DNA of 64,000 nucleotides, taken from positions 46,760,464 to 46,824,463 of the forward strand of contig NC_043011.1 in the NCBI RefSeq assembly GCF_006345805.1, given 5' to 3'. This document shows positions 1-13,279 of this stretch, one piece after another. The translations under genes and the position numbers were made by a program. Below the pieces are notes generated by a model. It did not search any database. It was not told where the DNA came from and worked only from the letters and a program-made list of their open reading frames with translations. Position 1 is the first letter of the stretch. Each line of letters opens with the position of its first letter. This DNA comes from Octopus sinensis (taxonomy: Eukaryota).

Positions 1-31
1 CAAGTTGTAGTGTAGCACACACATGCATGCA

Positions 32-106
32 CGTATGTATGTATGTATGTATGTATGTATGTATGTATGTATGTATGTATGTATGTATGTATGTATGTAT
101 GTATGT
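32..106. repeat. (TATG)n tetranucleotide microsatellite
   Basis: Pure gtat repeat. It explains the MYVC pseudo-ORF at 27-245. Confidence 0.95.
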
Positions 107-1723
107 GTGTTTGTTCTCCACTACAGCCTGGCAACCAGTGTTGTGTGTACACACACACATATATATAAATATATATATTTATAAAAATCAGGCTTCTTTC
201 AGTTTCTGTCAACCAAATCTACTCACAAGGCTTTGGTCAGCCTGAGGCTATAGTGGAAGACACTTGCACAAGGTGCTATGTTGTGGGTCTGAACCCAAAA
301 CTATGTAGTTGGAAAGCAAGCCTCTTACCACACAACCATGTCTGTACCTATAGGGTGGAATAAAAAAGGTACTCTGAAGTATTTACTTATAGCACTATAA
401 GTTATGATTTCAAATCTGGCTGTGGTGGGACTTGAGAGGATTCAGGCTGCTATTTCTAACTAGGTGAGCAACCACATAGAGGTTGTCTCATTTGAAACAT
501 AAGCTAAAACGTAAGCTTACAACAAACAGAACTAAAGATATGGCAGTTGGTCTTTAGGAAAGATTTTACTTTCATTTTTGTTTCTTCTTTACAACAGAAG
601 AGAAACAAAAACATACAAAAAAAAAACATGGTATGTTTTTGAACTTGATCTGCTCCACTTGGAGGTTTAGCGGTTAATGTTTGTCTTTTGCTATTTGGCA
701 CCAAAGGTTGGCAGCAGCATTAAAGTGAACTACTTCGTTTAATCTATTCCCAATACAAAATTACAAAGTTTTTATCATGCCAACATGTGAGCTGGCACCT
801 TGTCTAAGTGGTTGCTATATCTGAGAAAAATAGCAGCCATATCTCCCTCCTTAAAATGGAAAGAGACACTGGATACTGTAGTTCTATATATATTAGGCAT
901 GAATAAACAGTAAAAGATAGTTGGTCGCTGCTGGAATACCTTTTCATCATAGATCCGCTGGATCAAGGCTAAGCAGCAATGATAACAATTATAGGCATAT
1001 GGCGGAAGCTTCTAAGTGGTTGCTAAAAACAGCAGACAAATCTCCCTTAAATTACACTTCACTGTCTTTAAAACAAAAATGACATATTGGGAAATATGTT
1101 CCTAGAATAATTAAAGAAGCTGATGGTATGGCATGGCTGGAACATCTTTGATCAAAAGTCTGCTGGATGAGCACTGGCCTCATTTGATGACTCTTAGCAC
1201 CACACCCTGGTAACCCACTTCAGATGGTGGGCTAAAGAAAATTATGGGATTGTGTTAATACTGCACCTGTAGGCAAAAGACTCCAGGTGAGTCTTCCCAA
1301 TGAGTTACCTGGTAGAGCAGAGGAGCCTGCTCAGGTCAACAGCCAAGGTGTGTCTCAGGTAGAAGCATATGGTTGTGGCTAACAGCCTGGAGAGGAAGGG
1401 GTGCTGCCATGCTAACTTGCCCATGACACACTCATGAGATGACCAAAAACGCATGACCTATACCAGATTTGTCATCACTTAGGGTAACATTAAGAGTGGT
1501 CAGGCTTTAAGTTTGTAAACTCAAAGAAGGCAGTAGATGACCACGAGAAGTGGCAAAATCTGATTGAGGCATCATCAATGAATGGCCCAATGACAACAAA
1601 GTCAAGGGATGGGAAGGAAGGAATGTAGTCCCAGACATAGCATACCAGAAAAAGACAGGTGGGTCATGGCTAGAAACATGTTTGATGAATCATTAGATTC
1701 GTTCAGATGTTAAACATCTATAA

Positions 1724-2404
1724 CAGTGATTCTCAACTGGGGTCTATATGCCCCTTGGGGGTTCATATAAGAATTTGGTGGGGAGGTCCATGCTACAAAA
1801 TAGTAAGTTAGGGATCCAAAAATAGCATTTTAAGGGCCTCTGAAAAAATGTTGCTTTAAATGTATGTATTAGTATATACTGTGGAAGTGTAGTGGCCCAG
1901 TACAGTCAGAGGATCATAGTTTCGATTCCCAGACTGGGCGTTGTGTGTGTTCATTGAGCAAAAACACCTAAAAGCTACATGAGGCTCCAGTAGGGGGTGG
2001 TGGCGACTCCTGTTGTACTCTTTCACCCCAACTTTCTCTCACTTTTTCTTCCTGTTTCTTGAGTAACGCTGCAATGGACTGGGCTTCTGTCCAGCTGGGG
2101 GGAACACATACGCCACAGAAACTGGGAAACCGGGCCCATGAGCCTGGCTAGGCTTGAAAAGGGTGCACAAATATAATAAAAATATATTAAAAAATTAGTA
2201 TATACTGCAAAACAGCTAGGTTTCTTTCTTTGACATTTTACATGGGCCAACCTACATAAGTTAATGTGTAAAAAACAAAACAGAAATTTTGAAAGAGGTT
2301 TTTTATAAAATTAGTTTTTAAACACTGAATGGCTATAGTGGGATCCACCAAAATAAAATTGTAAACAAATGGATCCATAGATAAGAAACGGTTGAGAACC
2401 CCTG
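1724..2404. mobile_element. hAT-type (Charlie/MER5-like) MITE with a nested SINE
   Basis: Termini cagtgattctcaac ... gttgagaacccctg form a TIR. Perfect 8-bp TSD atctataa at 1716-1723 and 2405-2412. Confidence 0.85.
1882..2194 (+). mobile_element. tRNA-derived SINE with V-domain-like core, nested in the hAT MITE
   Basis: A-box-like gtagtggcccag and B-box-like gtttcgattccc, core ctgcaatggactggg...ccagctggg...gaaactggg, A-rich tail. 14-bp TSD attagtatatactg at 1868-1881 and 2195-2208. Related copy at 52684-52935. Confidence 0.8.
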
Positions 2405-2533
2405 ATCTATAACAACTATAGTATGTAAATAAGATGTTGCCAGATTTAAAAGGTCATCTTAGAATCTTTGAAACTGAGACTGTTATTAACTGGAAATGGT
2501 TCTGCTGATTTTGTGATTTTTAATTTGTTTAAG

Positions 2534-2574
<41 letters not shown>

Positions 2575-2578
<4 letters not shown>

Positions 2579-2970
2579 TCTCTTTACTTGTTTCAGTCAT
2601 TTGACTGTGGCCATGCTGGAGCACCACCTTTAGTCGAGCAAATCGACCCCAGGACCTATTCTTTGTAAGCCTAGTACTTATTCTATCGGTCACTTTTGCC
2701 GAACCGCTAAGTTATGGGGATGTAAACACAATGGCATCGGTTGTCAAGTGATGTTGGGGTGACAAACACAGGTACACAAACATATACACACACATACATA
2801 TATATACACATATACGACAGGCTTCTTTCAGTTTCCGTCTACCAAATCCACTCACAAGGCTTTGGTCGGCCTGAGGCTATAGTAGAAGACACTTGCCCAA
2901 GGTGTCACACAGTGGGACTGAACCCAGAACCATGTGGTTCATAAGCAAGCTACTTATCACATAGCCACTA
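2575..2970 (-). mobile_element. Major SINE family A (tRNA head, ttgggcaagtg CORE-like block, internal (CA/TA)n)
   Basis: Reverse complement reads ggctatgtgataagtagcttgc...ctgggttcagtccc...accttgggcaagtgtcttctactatag. Many near-identical copies in the window. Confidence 0.9.
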
Positions 2971-3689
2971 GCTGATCCAAAGACACAGTACACGTTGACA
3001 TTGCTGTTGGACTATCATTATAGCATTGAAAAGACAGCAACTGCAATGACATGGTATCAATGACGTAAAACCACCGACTGGAGAAATATCAAATTTTTTT
3101 TAAAATGCACGGTGGTTATAGTCATAATTATGATTTAACGATATAATAACAGTAATTAGATGCTATAAAAAGAAAGCAAAAGAGATGGATACTGTAGTGA
3201 TACACAGAGATTAAACAACAGAGTATTGAAGACAGATGTGTAACTAAGAAAAAAAAAAAAATATTGAAATGGTTTTGGTGTTGGAAATGAGTTTCAAAGA
3301 AAATTTTTTTTAGATAAATTGGATACTTTAAGTGAATAGAAGGGAATGAAAGTTTAAAAATTGGTAAAACTTTTCAAAGAACACAAGTGTCTCCCAGTAA
3401 TCTGATAATCACTCAAGAAGAAACTCTGCATAATGAGAATATAATATTTTATGTTGAGAGTAATCAATGAGAGAAATCAATATTATGAGGATATTGATAA
3501 ATATTATGGACCCATAATTTAAAACCATGATATGGATTAAATTACACACAATTGCTTAGATATTCAGAGTAAAGAAAAACTAAATTACACATATAAACTA
3601 CCATGTAAAAATGTATATACATACCCTCACAAATGCACACACATACATACATGCAGATGTGCATATATGCACATAAATATATATAGCAC

Positions 3690-4030
3690 AAGGCCAGAAA
3701 TTTTAGGGAGAGGGAAGGGAGAAGTTGACTACATTGACCCCCGGAACTTAACTGGTACTTATTTTATTGACCCCAAAAGGATGAAAGGCAAAGTCGACCT
3801 TGGTGGAATTTGAACTCAGGACATAACAGCAGACGAAATACCTATTTCTTTACTACCCACAAGGGGCTAAATACAGAGGGGACAAACAGGGACAGACAAA
3901 GGGATTAAGTCAATTGCATCGACCCTAGTGCTTAACTGGTGCTTAACTGGCAGAATTTGAACACAGAATGTGAAGGTCGTCAAAATGTCACTAAACATTC
4001 TGTCTGATGTGCTAATGATTCTGCCAGTTC
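3690..4030 (-). mobile_element. SINE family B (MetaSINE-like), dimeric
   Basis: Reverse complement has gagttcaaattcc (B box) and gactttgcctttcatccttttggggtcaataa (Meta-like domain). Many copies. Confidence 0.8.
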
Positions 4031-5142
4031 ACTGCATTTATACAAATATAAACACATACACACACACACATTAACAGACAAAGGCACACATATATAAATA
4101 CATTCTGTACACTCTATGTAAAATGGTTGTTTTAAAGAAGGACATTCAGTCAGGGAAACAAGCCACAATGAAACTCTCCAAAATGATACTGGCCTCTGAC
4201 TCTTCTAGGCATACATTAAGGACCTGTGAAACACAAGTTGGTAAAAACTCATTAAGATAATGCAAATTATATACACACAAACACATATGCATACACATGT
4301 TCATATATGTATATATATATGTGTGTATGTATGTATATACACATAGATATTATATATATATTATCTTTTACATATTTATATATCTTCTACACATTTTCAG
4401 TCAATGTGGTGGTCATGCTGGTCACCACACTAAAGAATTTTTAACCAAAAAAATTTACCCTACTACTTATGTTTCGTTAAACCTGGTATTTATTCCAACG
4501 ATCTCTTTTGCCAAACTGCTAAGTTACTGGGGAGTAAACACACCAACACTGGTTGTCAAGCGGTGGTAGGGGACAAATATAGACACAAAACACACAGTTT
4601 CCATCTACCAAATCCACTCACAAGACTTTGGTCAGCCTGAGGCTATAGCAGAAGGCACTTGCTCAATATGTCACACAATGGGACTGAATGTAGAACCGTA
4701 GAACAAATACCAAACTTAGAAAAAAATAATAATACTGTGGTTCATTCGTTCAACTAAGATTCTTCCAAACCATTCCCATAGTGTTGCTTGAGTCTTGTGA
4801 TTGAAAGATGTAAAAATAAAAGAGTTATCTTTTGGTATCTTTTTGACTTGATATTGTGCAAGGCATGTCAATGTAACTGTTATACAAACACTGTCTTTTA
4901 TATGCAACATTCTATGTAAACATGTCTGGGCATGGGGAAATATTATCTTGCTTGGAAAAAAGTGAGGGATGGTAATAGGAAAGAATTGGGTAGACTGAAG
5001 TATGGCCAAAAAACTAGCCAGTGTGTTAAGCTGTGGGACTGACCCTAACAACACATGGTAAAGAAAAAAAAATCTTCTTAACAATATATCTATGGATGCA
5101 CCCCCACACTCTAATACATATACACACTGATATATAGGTATG

Positions 5143-5174
<32 letters not shown>

Positions 5175-5226
5175 CAAATATATGTGTATATATATTTTAT
5201 TCATATTATCATATGATTGAATGCCA

Positions 5227-5261
<35 letters not shown>

Positions 5262-5307
5262 TATTAAATCTCTGAGCAAGAAGTAAACAGCAGTAGTATG
5301 GAATCAT

Positions 5308-5450
5308 AAAATATAATTGCCAACTAAATGTGGCAGTCCCATAGAGGATGATGCTACTGTTGTTTTTAGCCCAGATGCCCTCCTGGGGCTAAAAACAGCA
5401 GTAGCATTGTCCTCTATGTGACTGCCACATTTAGTTGGCAATCATATTTT
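5308..5450. repeat. Inverted repeat (about 65-bp arms) between (TA)n tracts
   Basis: aaaatataattgccaactaaatgtggcagtc...tttagccc and gggctaaaaacagcag...gactgccacatttagttggcaatcatatttt are reverse complements with few mismatches. Confidence 0.9.
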
Positions 5451-5452
5451 AC

Positions 5453-5491
<39 letters not shown>

Positions 5492-5703
5492 TATATATAT
5501 ATGTATATATATATATACATGAATGCATGTACAAAAAAAAATACGTGTATATATATATATATATATATATATGAATATTTATATATAAAAGCATGTACAT
5601 ACAAACGTGTATGTATGTATATATGTATATATATATATGAATATTTATATATAAATGCATGTATATACACACATATATATGTGTAAATGCATGTACATCT
5701 ATT

Positions 5704-5769
<66 letters not shown>

Positions 5770-7047
5770 CACATTCAAAGTCAGCCTCAATTAACAAGAA
5801 ATATTAGAATCTCAGCCATCATCAAAATGACTCGACTTATGTTATGATATTTATTTAAGAAATGATGCATATAAAATTAGCAGATCTTCTTGAATTAGAT
5901 ACATTAAAAAGTAGAATCGTTTTGCTTGGGAAGTTAATGGAATAAAGACAAGGAGCCAATTGAAAAATATCAACATTGTAAATATTGGAAGAACATCAAA
6001 TCTGAAACAGTCTTCAAATCTACTGAGAAGTTACTCATAAAATACAAGTCAACATTTATAGGAAGATGGGTCTCTCAGCTGCAAAAATATCATAAAGCAT
6101 TGCCATTATTGAACAAATAATCTATATCGATGTAACAGATGTTGGAGGAAAGTTATTCTTGTGTAAGAACTAATGGTAGTTGTTTCAGACATGCTGCTTC
6201 CTCGCATGATTGACCCAGCCAAATTGTGGTCGGGACTTAACGGCAGGTATATGTTCTTCAAAAGTTGTTAATCAGCAGAACTGAACTTAATAAAGGAATA
6301 TGAAACCTTTTGCAGGAGTTAATAGCAGTGTGAAGAAATTTCTCTAATTCACATATATGAGTGTGTTATAATGGTACAGGGGTTATTGTGGTGCACATTA
6401 GAATACATAGTCATGTTCTCAAATTTTAGTACAGCCTTTATGTTGAGCTGCTGGTTGGGGTACCTAAATTTGTTCGACATCAATGAACTTACTTAATGTT
6501 AAGTTACTAAACAGTCAATTAGCTCACTCTAAAACGATTTTATTACTAATATAGAAAAAGTACAATCCTTCAGCATGAAAATGCCAGAATTTTCAAATTC
6601 ATCCAATTCATGCAATCGTAGCAAAATAAATTGGGAGAACTGGAAAAAACGAAACAAAAAGAAAACAAAAAAAAACATTAGAAGGTATGGCTGTGTAGTA
6701 AGAAGTTTGCTTCCCAACCATTTACGTGGTTTGGGGTTCGGTCTTACTTTGTGGCACCTTGGGCAAGTGCTTTCTATTAAAGTTTTGGTTGCTTTGGGCC
6801 AACCAAAGCCTTCTAAGTGGATTTAGTTGATGGAAACTGAAAGAAGCTCATCATACATATATATATATATACAAAATGAGAAAATGGAGAAATATATCTA
6901 AATCAATCATCAACTAATATATATATATAAATATAGTTATCCGTAATAATGAAGGGTGAAATTAATTAATTAATTAATTTGGAATAATATCAATTACACC
7001 AAGTAGTCTTCGGCATGTAAAAGCCTCATTCGAGGAAAATTTAAGTA

Positions 7048-7200
7048 ATACTAAGCAATAAAGGGTTTAGCAACGATTGCCTTACCACATACCGAATTTA
7101 GAAATAGCAGTCAAAGAGTTATAGCTATAACTCTTTGACTGCTATTTCTAAATTCGGTATGTGGTAAGCAATCGTTGCTAAACCCTTTATTGCTTAGTAT
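7048..7200. repeat. Near-perfect 153-bp palindrome with no spacer
   Basis: Centre ttatag|ctataa at 7124/7125. The arms (77 and 76 nt) differ by one extra C. Confidence 0.95.
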
Positions 7201-7439
7201 ATATAAATATATATATATATATATATAGGTAATTTTAGATACAGAACCACCTTCAACTCAACACTGAGAGATGTTCATTTTAGTACATCTATATATATAT
7301 TGTTGTATTTAGGAATGGTCATTTTGCCAGTTTAGCCAATACACACGCACTATATATTTGGTGTTACATTCCTTCAGCGTTATTTATTTTTTACATTAAT
7401 CTTAATCTTATTTCGGCCAGAGTTTAGTAAAGAAGGAAA

Positions 7440-7545
7440 AGGTATGCATAAGTGGGCTGGTTATGCCCCTGGCGTAGGCCACGAGGTTATGGACTCATTT
7501 GGCTTGCTGGGTCTTCTCAAGCACAGCATATTTCCAAAAGTCTCC
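7440..7545 (-). mobile_element. RTE-clade LINE 3' fragment
   Basis: The minus strand encodes ...FWKYAVLEKTQQAK*, resembling the RTE C-terminal WR..V motif, followed by 3' UTR. Confidence 0.55.
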
Positions 7546-7555
7546 TATATAAACG

Positions 7556-7588
<33 letters not shown>

Positions 7589-8949
7589 AATTATATATAT
7601 ATGCTTGATTTTGTATTTGTCCTCCACCACAAATTGACACTGGGTGTTGTTCCATTTACATTCCCATAACTTAGCAGTTCATTGAAAAAGACCAGCAGAA
7701 TAAATTCCAGGCTTAAAAAAAAATAGTACTGGTGTTGGTATATTTGACTAAAAACTTACTCAGGTTGTGCCCCAGCATGGCTGCAGTCCAAGGACTAATA
7801 CAATATAAAGATAACTCAATATTATTTGAGTTGTGACCCTGAGAATAAATTTCTGGTAAGCATGGAGGAGGAAAGAGTAAGCATTAAATTTTTTGAGGCA
7901 GGTAACATATAAAGGTTGACAGCCATTTCTTTCTGGATGGCATTAGTAAAAGAAAGTAAGCCCGCAGCATTAAGAATATTGTATTCAACCCCAGGTTGTT
8001 CCTGATCCCTCAAACCTATAATTAAAGACATACCAGCCCTGACCATCCCATCTCAAACTCAGGCAGGGTACATCAAGGCTTATACTATATAACATAGTTT
8101 TCCTCTTTTAAAGAAATTTGGGAGTGATTTGAAGAATATTTGGTTGCCGTTATTAGAAGGTTGAGCTGAACATGAAGAGGGCTCCTTGTCACTTATTTCT
8201 TTATTGCTCACAAGGAACTAAACATAGAGGGGACAAACAAGGGCAGACAAAGGGATTAAGTCGATTACATCGACCTCAGTGCGTAACTGGTACTTAATTT
8301 ATCGACCCCGAAAGGATGAAAGGCAAAGTTGACCTCGACAGAATTCGAACTCAGAACGTAACGGCAGATGAAATACTGCTAAGCATTTCGTCCAGCATTA
8401 CTACACCAAGATTTCACTTCTCGAAAATAGGATGTAATTTTGATTTCTAACTCAAACCATTTATGTGATGATGATATTAAGAGAAAAATAATAAAAAAAT
8501 TATATTAATGTATAAAACAACATTACATAGCTCAATTAGAAGAACATCAGGTGTTTAGAAAAATATTAATTTTGTTAAGATGATAAAGTCATTATATTAA
8601 TTTTGTTACAATGATAAATTTATCAGCAAAGAAAGAACAGAAAATTCCATAGAGCAAGAAGCAAAGAAGCTAACGGAATTTAATTACACATTTTTACATT
8701 TTTGAGTTTTGAGTTCAATTCCAGCTAAAGCCAAGTTTGTTATTTATCCTTCTGAGATTCGTCATCATCATCATCAATTTATGTTAATTTTTTATGCTGG
8801 TATGAATAGATAAAATAAAGTACCAGTTATGTACTGAGTCAATGTTATTGAATAACTCCCTGCCTCCAAAGATCATGTGCCTGTGTTTTATTTTTTATTT
8901 ATTTATTTTTCTTGACCCTTAGGAATCATATGACTTGTTACCTGGTTTC

Positions 8950-9360
8950 TTATTTCATTATTGCCCACAAGGGGCTAAACATAGAAGGGACAAACAAGGA
9001 CAGACAAAGGGATTAAGTCGATTACATTGACCCCAGTGCATAACTGGTACTTAATTTATCGACCCCGAAAGGATGAAAGGCAAAGTTGACCTTGGCGGAA
9101 TTTGAACTCAGAACGTAACGGCAGATGAAATACCTATTTCTTATTTCTTTACTACCGACAAGGGGCTAAACACAGAGAGGACAAACAAGGAAAGACAAAC
9201 GGAATAAGTCGATTATATCGACCCATTGTGTAACTGGTACTTAATTTATCAATCCCGAAAGGATGAAAGGCAAAGTCGACCTTGGCGGAATTTGAACGGC
9301 AGATGAAATACCGCTAAGCATTTCGCCTGGCATACTAATGCTTTTGCCAGCTCACCACCT
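8950..9360 (-). mobile_element. SINE family B (MetaSINE-like), tandem dimer
   Basis: Two copies of ccccgaaaggatgaaaggcaaagt(c/t)gaccttggcggaatttgaac. Further copies at 8195-8400, 19053-19285, 19930-20160, 35545-36020, 36985-37680, 41080-41463, 48320-48550, 49745-49978 and 53315-53730. Confidence 0.85.
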
Positions 9361-9983
9361 TGTTTCTATGACATTCAAGCGTCCCATATCAAAACAATTC
9401 TCCTGAATGGGATGTTGGTCCAATGCAGGGTTCAAGGCAAGCAATTTAGCCTCAACCACCCCTAATTATTTTTCTTGAGCCTCAGGAACCCTAAGGCTGA
9501 TTGCCCAGTTTCCATAACCTATAAATGACCAAGGTCACAGCATTTCCCTTGAATGGAATGATGGTCTGTTGCTGGGCTCAAGGTCAGCAATTTTGAAGGG
9601 AAGGAAAGGCAATTACATTCACCCCAGTATTTTGATAAAAGGTTTAAATATAAATAGAAACGCTTCAATAGAATCAGAGATTACCTCAGAAAGATTGGAA
9701 TTGAGTGAGTTAACAGCCATGGCTGTGTGATAAGAAGCTTGCTTCTCAACCACATTGTTCTGGGTTCAGTTCCACTGCATGGCATCTTGGGCAAGTGCAT
9801 TCTACTATAACTTCAGGCTGGCCAAAACCTTGTGAGTGGATTTGATAGAGGGAAACTGAAAAATGCCTATCATATATTCTTTACTGGAATATATTCTTTA
9901 CTGGAAAGCAATACTCTAGTATTGCATTACTATTTTCATTGAAACTTCTTCACTGTTCTCGCTCTGTTAACGCTTTGGCGTTC

Positions 9984-10076
9984 AGATGAGTGTACTGGCT
10001 GATGAAGATAAATCAATTATATGATTGGCATTCGTATTTTGAAAAATCCGAAACCGGTACTGCATTATCCTCATCT
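9984..10076 (+). ncRNA. Type-I hammerhead ribozyme motif (long stem II, imperfect stem I)
   Basis: CTGATGA at 9999-10005, stem II agat...atcc, GAAA at 10050-10053, palindromic stem III ACCGGT, then A. Distal stem I agatgag/ctcatct. Confidence 0.65.
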
Positions 10077-10249
10077 AGGTTTTGCATTTTTCAGATGTTC
10101 TTCCTAGAGGTAAGACAATTTTTCATGTTTGTTGCACACACGCGTCTTTACTAGTACATACGCAGTGAAGCTATACATTAGCGTCGTATTTATTACGTTC
10201 GCTATTTTCCAGTAAATATCGATACTTCGTTGTATCATTTATTTACTTT

Positions 10250-10324
<75 letters not shown>

Positions 10325-10326
<2 letters not shown>

Positions 10327-10465
10327 AAGTTAATCCAAACAAGAAAGCACAAAAAAACACAACAACGCGAGGACGTGGAACAAATATAGTATTATTAGTA
10401 ACATAGGAGAAGGAAAGATCCAGAGAAGGGAAGATGGAGGAAAAAAAATCACCAACGGTACACAT
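10325..10465 (-). mobile_element. Short PLE-like element, internally deleted copy (HHR lost)
   Basis: Colinear with 36560-36755 and 47520-47705 (caacaacgcgaggacgtggaacaaata...gagaagggaagatggagg) but lacks the HHR segment. Flanked by (TA)n. Confidence 0.6.
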
Positions 10466-11304
10466 ATATATATATATATATGTATGTATGTATATGTGTA
10501 TGCCTCGGTGTCTGTGTTTCCGGACAACCCAATATATGAAAATATAGATTGGTACTTTAAACAAAATGTATTTCCTTTTTAATGGTGACTCAATACAGGT
10601 GTGTTCACTTTTGTTTGTATTTCCATTTATTTGTTCTTTCGCATTTTTCAATGAGAAGATTTATATATATATTTTACATGACCATAATAAATCCCTTTGA
10701 ATAACACATCTGGCACCAGACAATAAAAAAGAAATTTAATACATATATAAATAATAGATAATTAGATAAAAAATAGATAAACATGAAGTAATCTCTCCAA
10801 AGGCTAACGCTTCTGATGCAGGTCAAATTCAAAACAAATTTTCTTAATGCATCTGTTCTTAAGTTCTTAAAACTCTGTGGTTGTCCCTAATTAGGAACAG
10901 GGAAGAATGCCATGAAAAATACATCAATATTTATATTACATTACTAACTACAATGTGTGGCTGTGTGCGTATGTAAGTGCAGAAGTATGTGTGTGTATAT
11001 GTGTATGAATATTTGTGATGGTGTAGTGTGGTTGCCTGTGTTTTCTTTATGTGAAATAAATGTATATTTGAAAAGGTGGTTAAGGGAAAGTAAGCCGCAA
11101 ATTTAAACTGTGCTTTTTAAATTCTCAGCTCTTTAGCTTAAGTACGCACATACATAAAAGTGCAGACATATATACACATACATATATGCATAAACACACA
11201 TGCACACACATATACCCCCACACGCATCCATAAATATATTTTTAACAATACTTAGACATACATATGTTTGGTAATAAAAACAAGATAGATAGACCTGACA
11301 GCAT

Positions 11305-11553
11305 GAATATATATATATATATATACATGTACGTATATGTATATATGTGTATGTATGTATGTATGTATGTATGTATGTATGTATGTATGTATACATATAT
11401 ACATACATACATGTATGTATATGTATATATGTGTATGTATGTATGTATATATATATACATACATGTATGTATATGTATATATGTGTATGTATGTATGTAT
11501 ATATATATACATACATGTATGTATATGTATATATGTGTATGTATGTATGTATG

Positions 11554-11603
<50 letters not shown>

Positions 11604-11615
11604 ATATATATATAT
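11305..11615. repeat. Compound (TATG)n/(TA)n array with a ~52-bp higher-order unit
   Basis: Repeated tacatacatgtatgtatatgtatatatgtgtatgtatgtatg units. Confidence 0.85.
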
Positions 11616-12111
11616 TTATTATTTTTAATTGGCAACAGTATCAAAATGATTCAAGAGTTTCAAGCCGTGGCATTTGATAAGTGCCATGCATGAAATTCTT
11701 GGCCCTTGAGTTACCTTAACTTCTGCCGTAAAAACATAAAAGTAGATATACATATGCGGATGCACAGGTGTACACATGCACACGCACGTTTGTACACGTG
11801 CGCGCACACACACACACATAGACTTATATATATATATATATATATACATATATATATTCTTTTATTTTACTTGTTTCAGTCATTTGACTATGGCCATGCA
11901 CACACACACACACACACGCACACACACACACACACACACAGTGATTCCTAGTATTAATATAGTCATATTATATGATTGCATGTTGTAAGCAGTGAACAAA
12001 ATGGTTGTCATCAAGAAAAGAATAGGACAATATGTACGCAATTAGCTTTACAGAAGAACATTCTGGACCATCACGATGGTACTGTGATACACAAGCTAAC
12101 ATATAAAGCAC

Positions 12112-12144
<33 letters not shown>

Positions 12145-12198
12145 CATTTTTTTTCTCTAGTTTCAGCTCAGAGCTGCGACCATGCTGATGCACTGCCG

Positions 12199-12230
<32 letters not shown>

Positions 12231-12277
12231 TAAATAAATGAATGGAGTTGAACGAAGATCTTAACAAAATTCCTTTA

Positions 12278-12359
12278 CTCTCGACATATGTTTCGAAGAT
12301 AACATGGTTTCATTCCAAAGGAATAAACAGTGCAAGATGCAATCTTCTCATCAGGAAAG
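12278..12359 (-). ncRNA. Type-I hammerhead ribozyme with intact catalytic core
   Basis: Minus strand: ctttc CTGATGA gaagat-[loop]-atcttc GAAA catatg TC^ gagag. All conserved core nucleotides are present, stem III is palindromic (ACATATGT), and predicted cleavage is between 12283 and 12282. Confidence 0.85.
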
Positions 12360-13245
12360 AAAGGGAGCCTCTCTCAACAACAAGACAAACAAAAATTGCG
12401 ATGACTGCCTACATGGTAAACAAAATGATAATAAGTGTTTTAAAAAAACCGTTTGTAGAATTGACGTCAAAGTTAGATAGTAGGAAGAGAAGGGTTAAAG
12501 GAATAATAGGTAGGGAACAAGTGGAGAGGGAAGGGTACGTTGATTAAAAGAATGTTCAAAGGCTTAGGAAAGAATTTCGCTATTGAAGTGGAGTGCACGT
12601 TAAGCTAAGTGATAAGAGAATCAAAGTTTGGTAAAAGTAGAGCTCCTCAGTGAGAGAGGAAAACAGCTGATATAACGAACAAGCCAAGCTATAATGTAAA
12701 TGATTTTGTCTCTGGTTCATCAAGTTCAAAACATAAGAACTGCCAACCAACCGAAACTCAATCTAGCTTACATTCCGTTAGAAATCAGAAACACAAGGAA
12801 CCACTGATTGACCTGAAGGAAACTTTTAACCAATGAACTCATTGTTTGGCAAGGGCAATGGAATATATGTAAATAAATGAAATAAAGTAAAAGAAAAACT
12901 AAAAAAAAAAATGAACAAAATTAAACTGAGATAGAAAACAAATAAAAAAATGAATATATAATTAGAAACCAACAAACAAATAAATGTTAAAAGAATCCCT
13001 CAACCTTTACATCACATGAACAGCAAGCTATACATTATATTTAGAGAAGATTTGTTTCTTCTTCTAAACAATATCCTGATAAAAAAAATGGTTTTCTTTG
13101 TGTATTTTTTTGTTCACATCTTAGAGATAGATTTGTCTGGTCAGGATTTTTCAGGAAAAATAAACAGTTCGCTTCATACTGGGTGTAGTAAACTAAATAT
13201 TTTGCTAAGAAATGTGAAGAAACACCTACCCCCTTCCTTAGCAAC

Positions 13246-13279
<34 letters not shown>

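Noticed and set aside
5941-6120. 59-codon open stretch NKDKEPIEKYQHCKYW...
   Set aside because: Bounded by stops with no start or splice sites. It may be a decayed LINE KYLG region.
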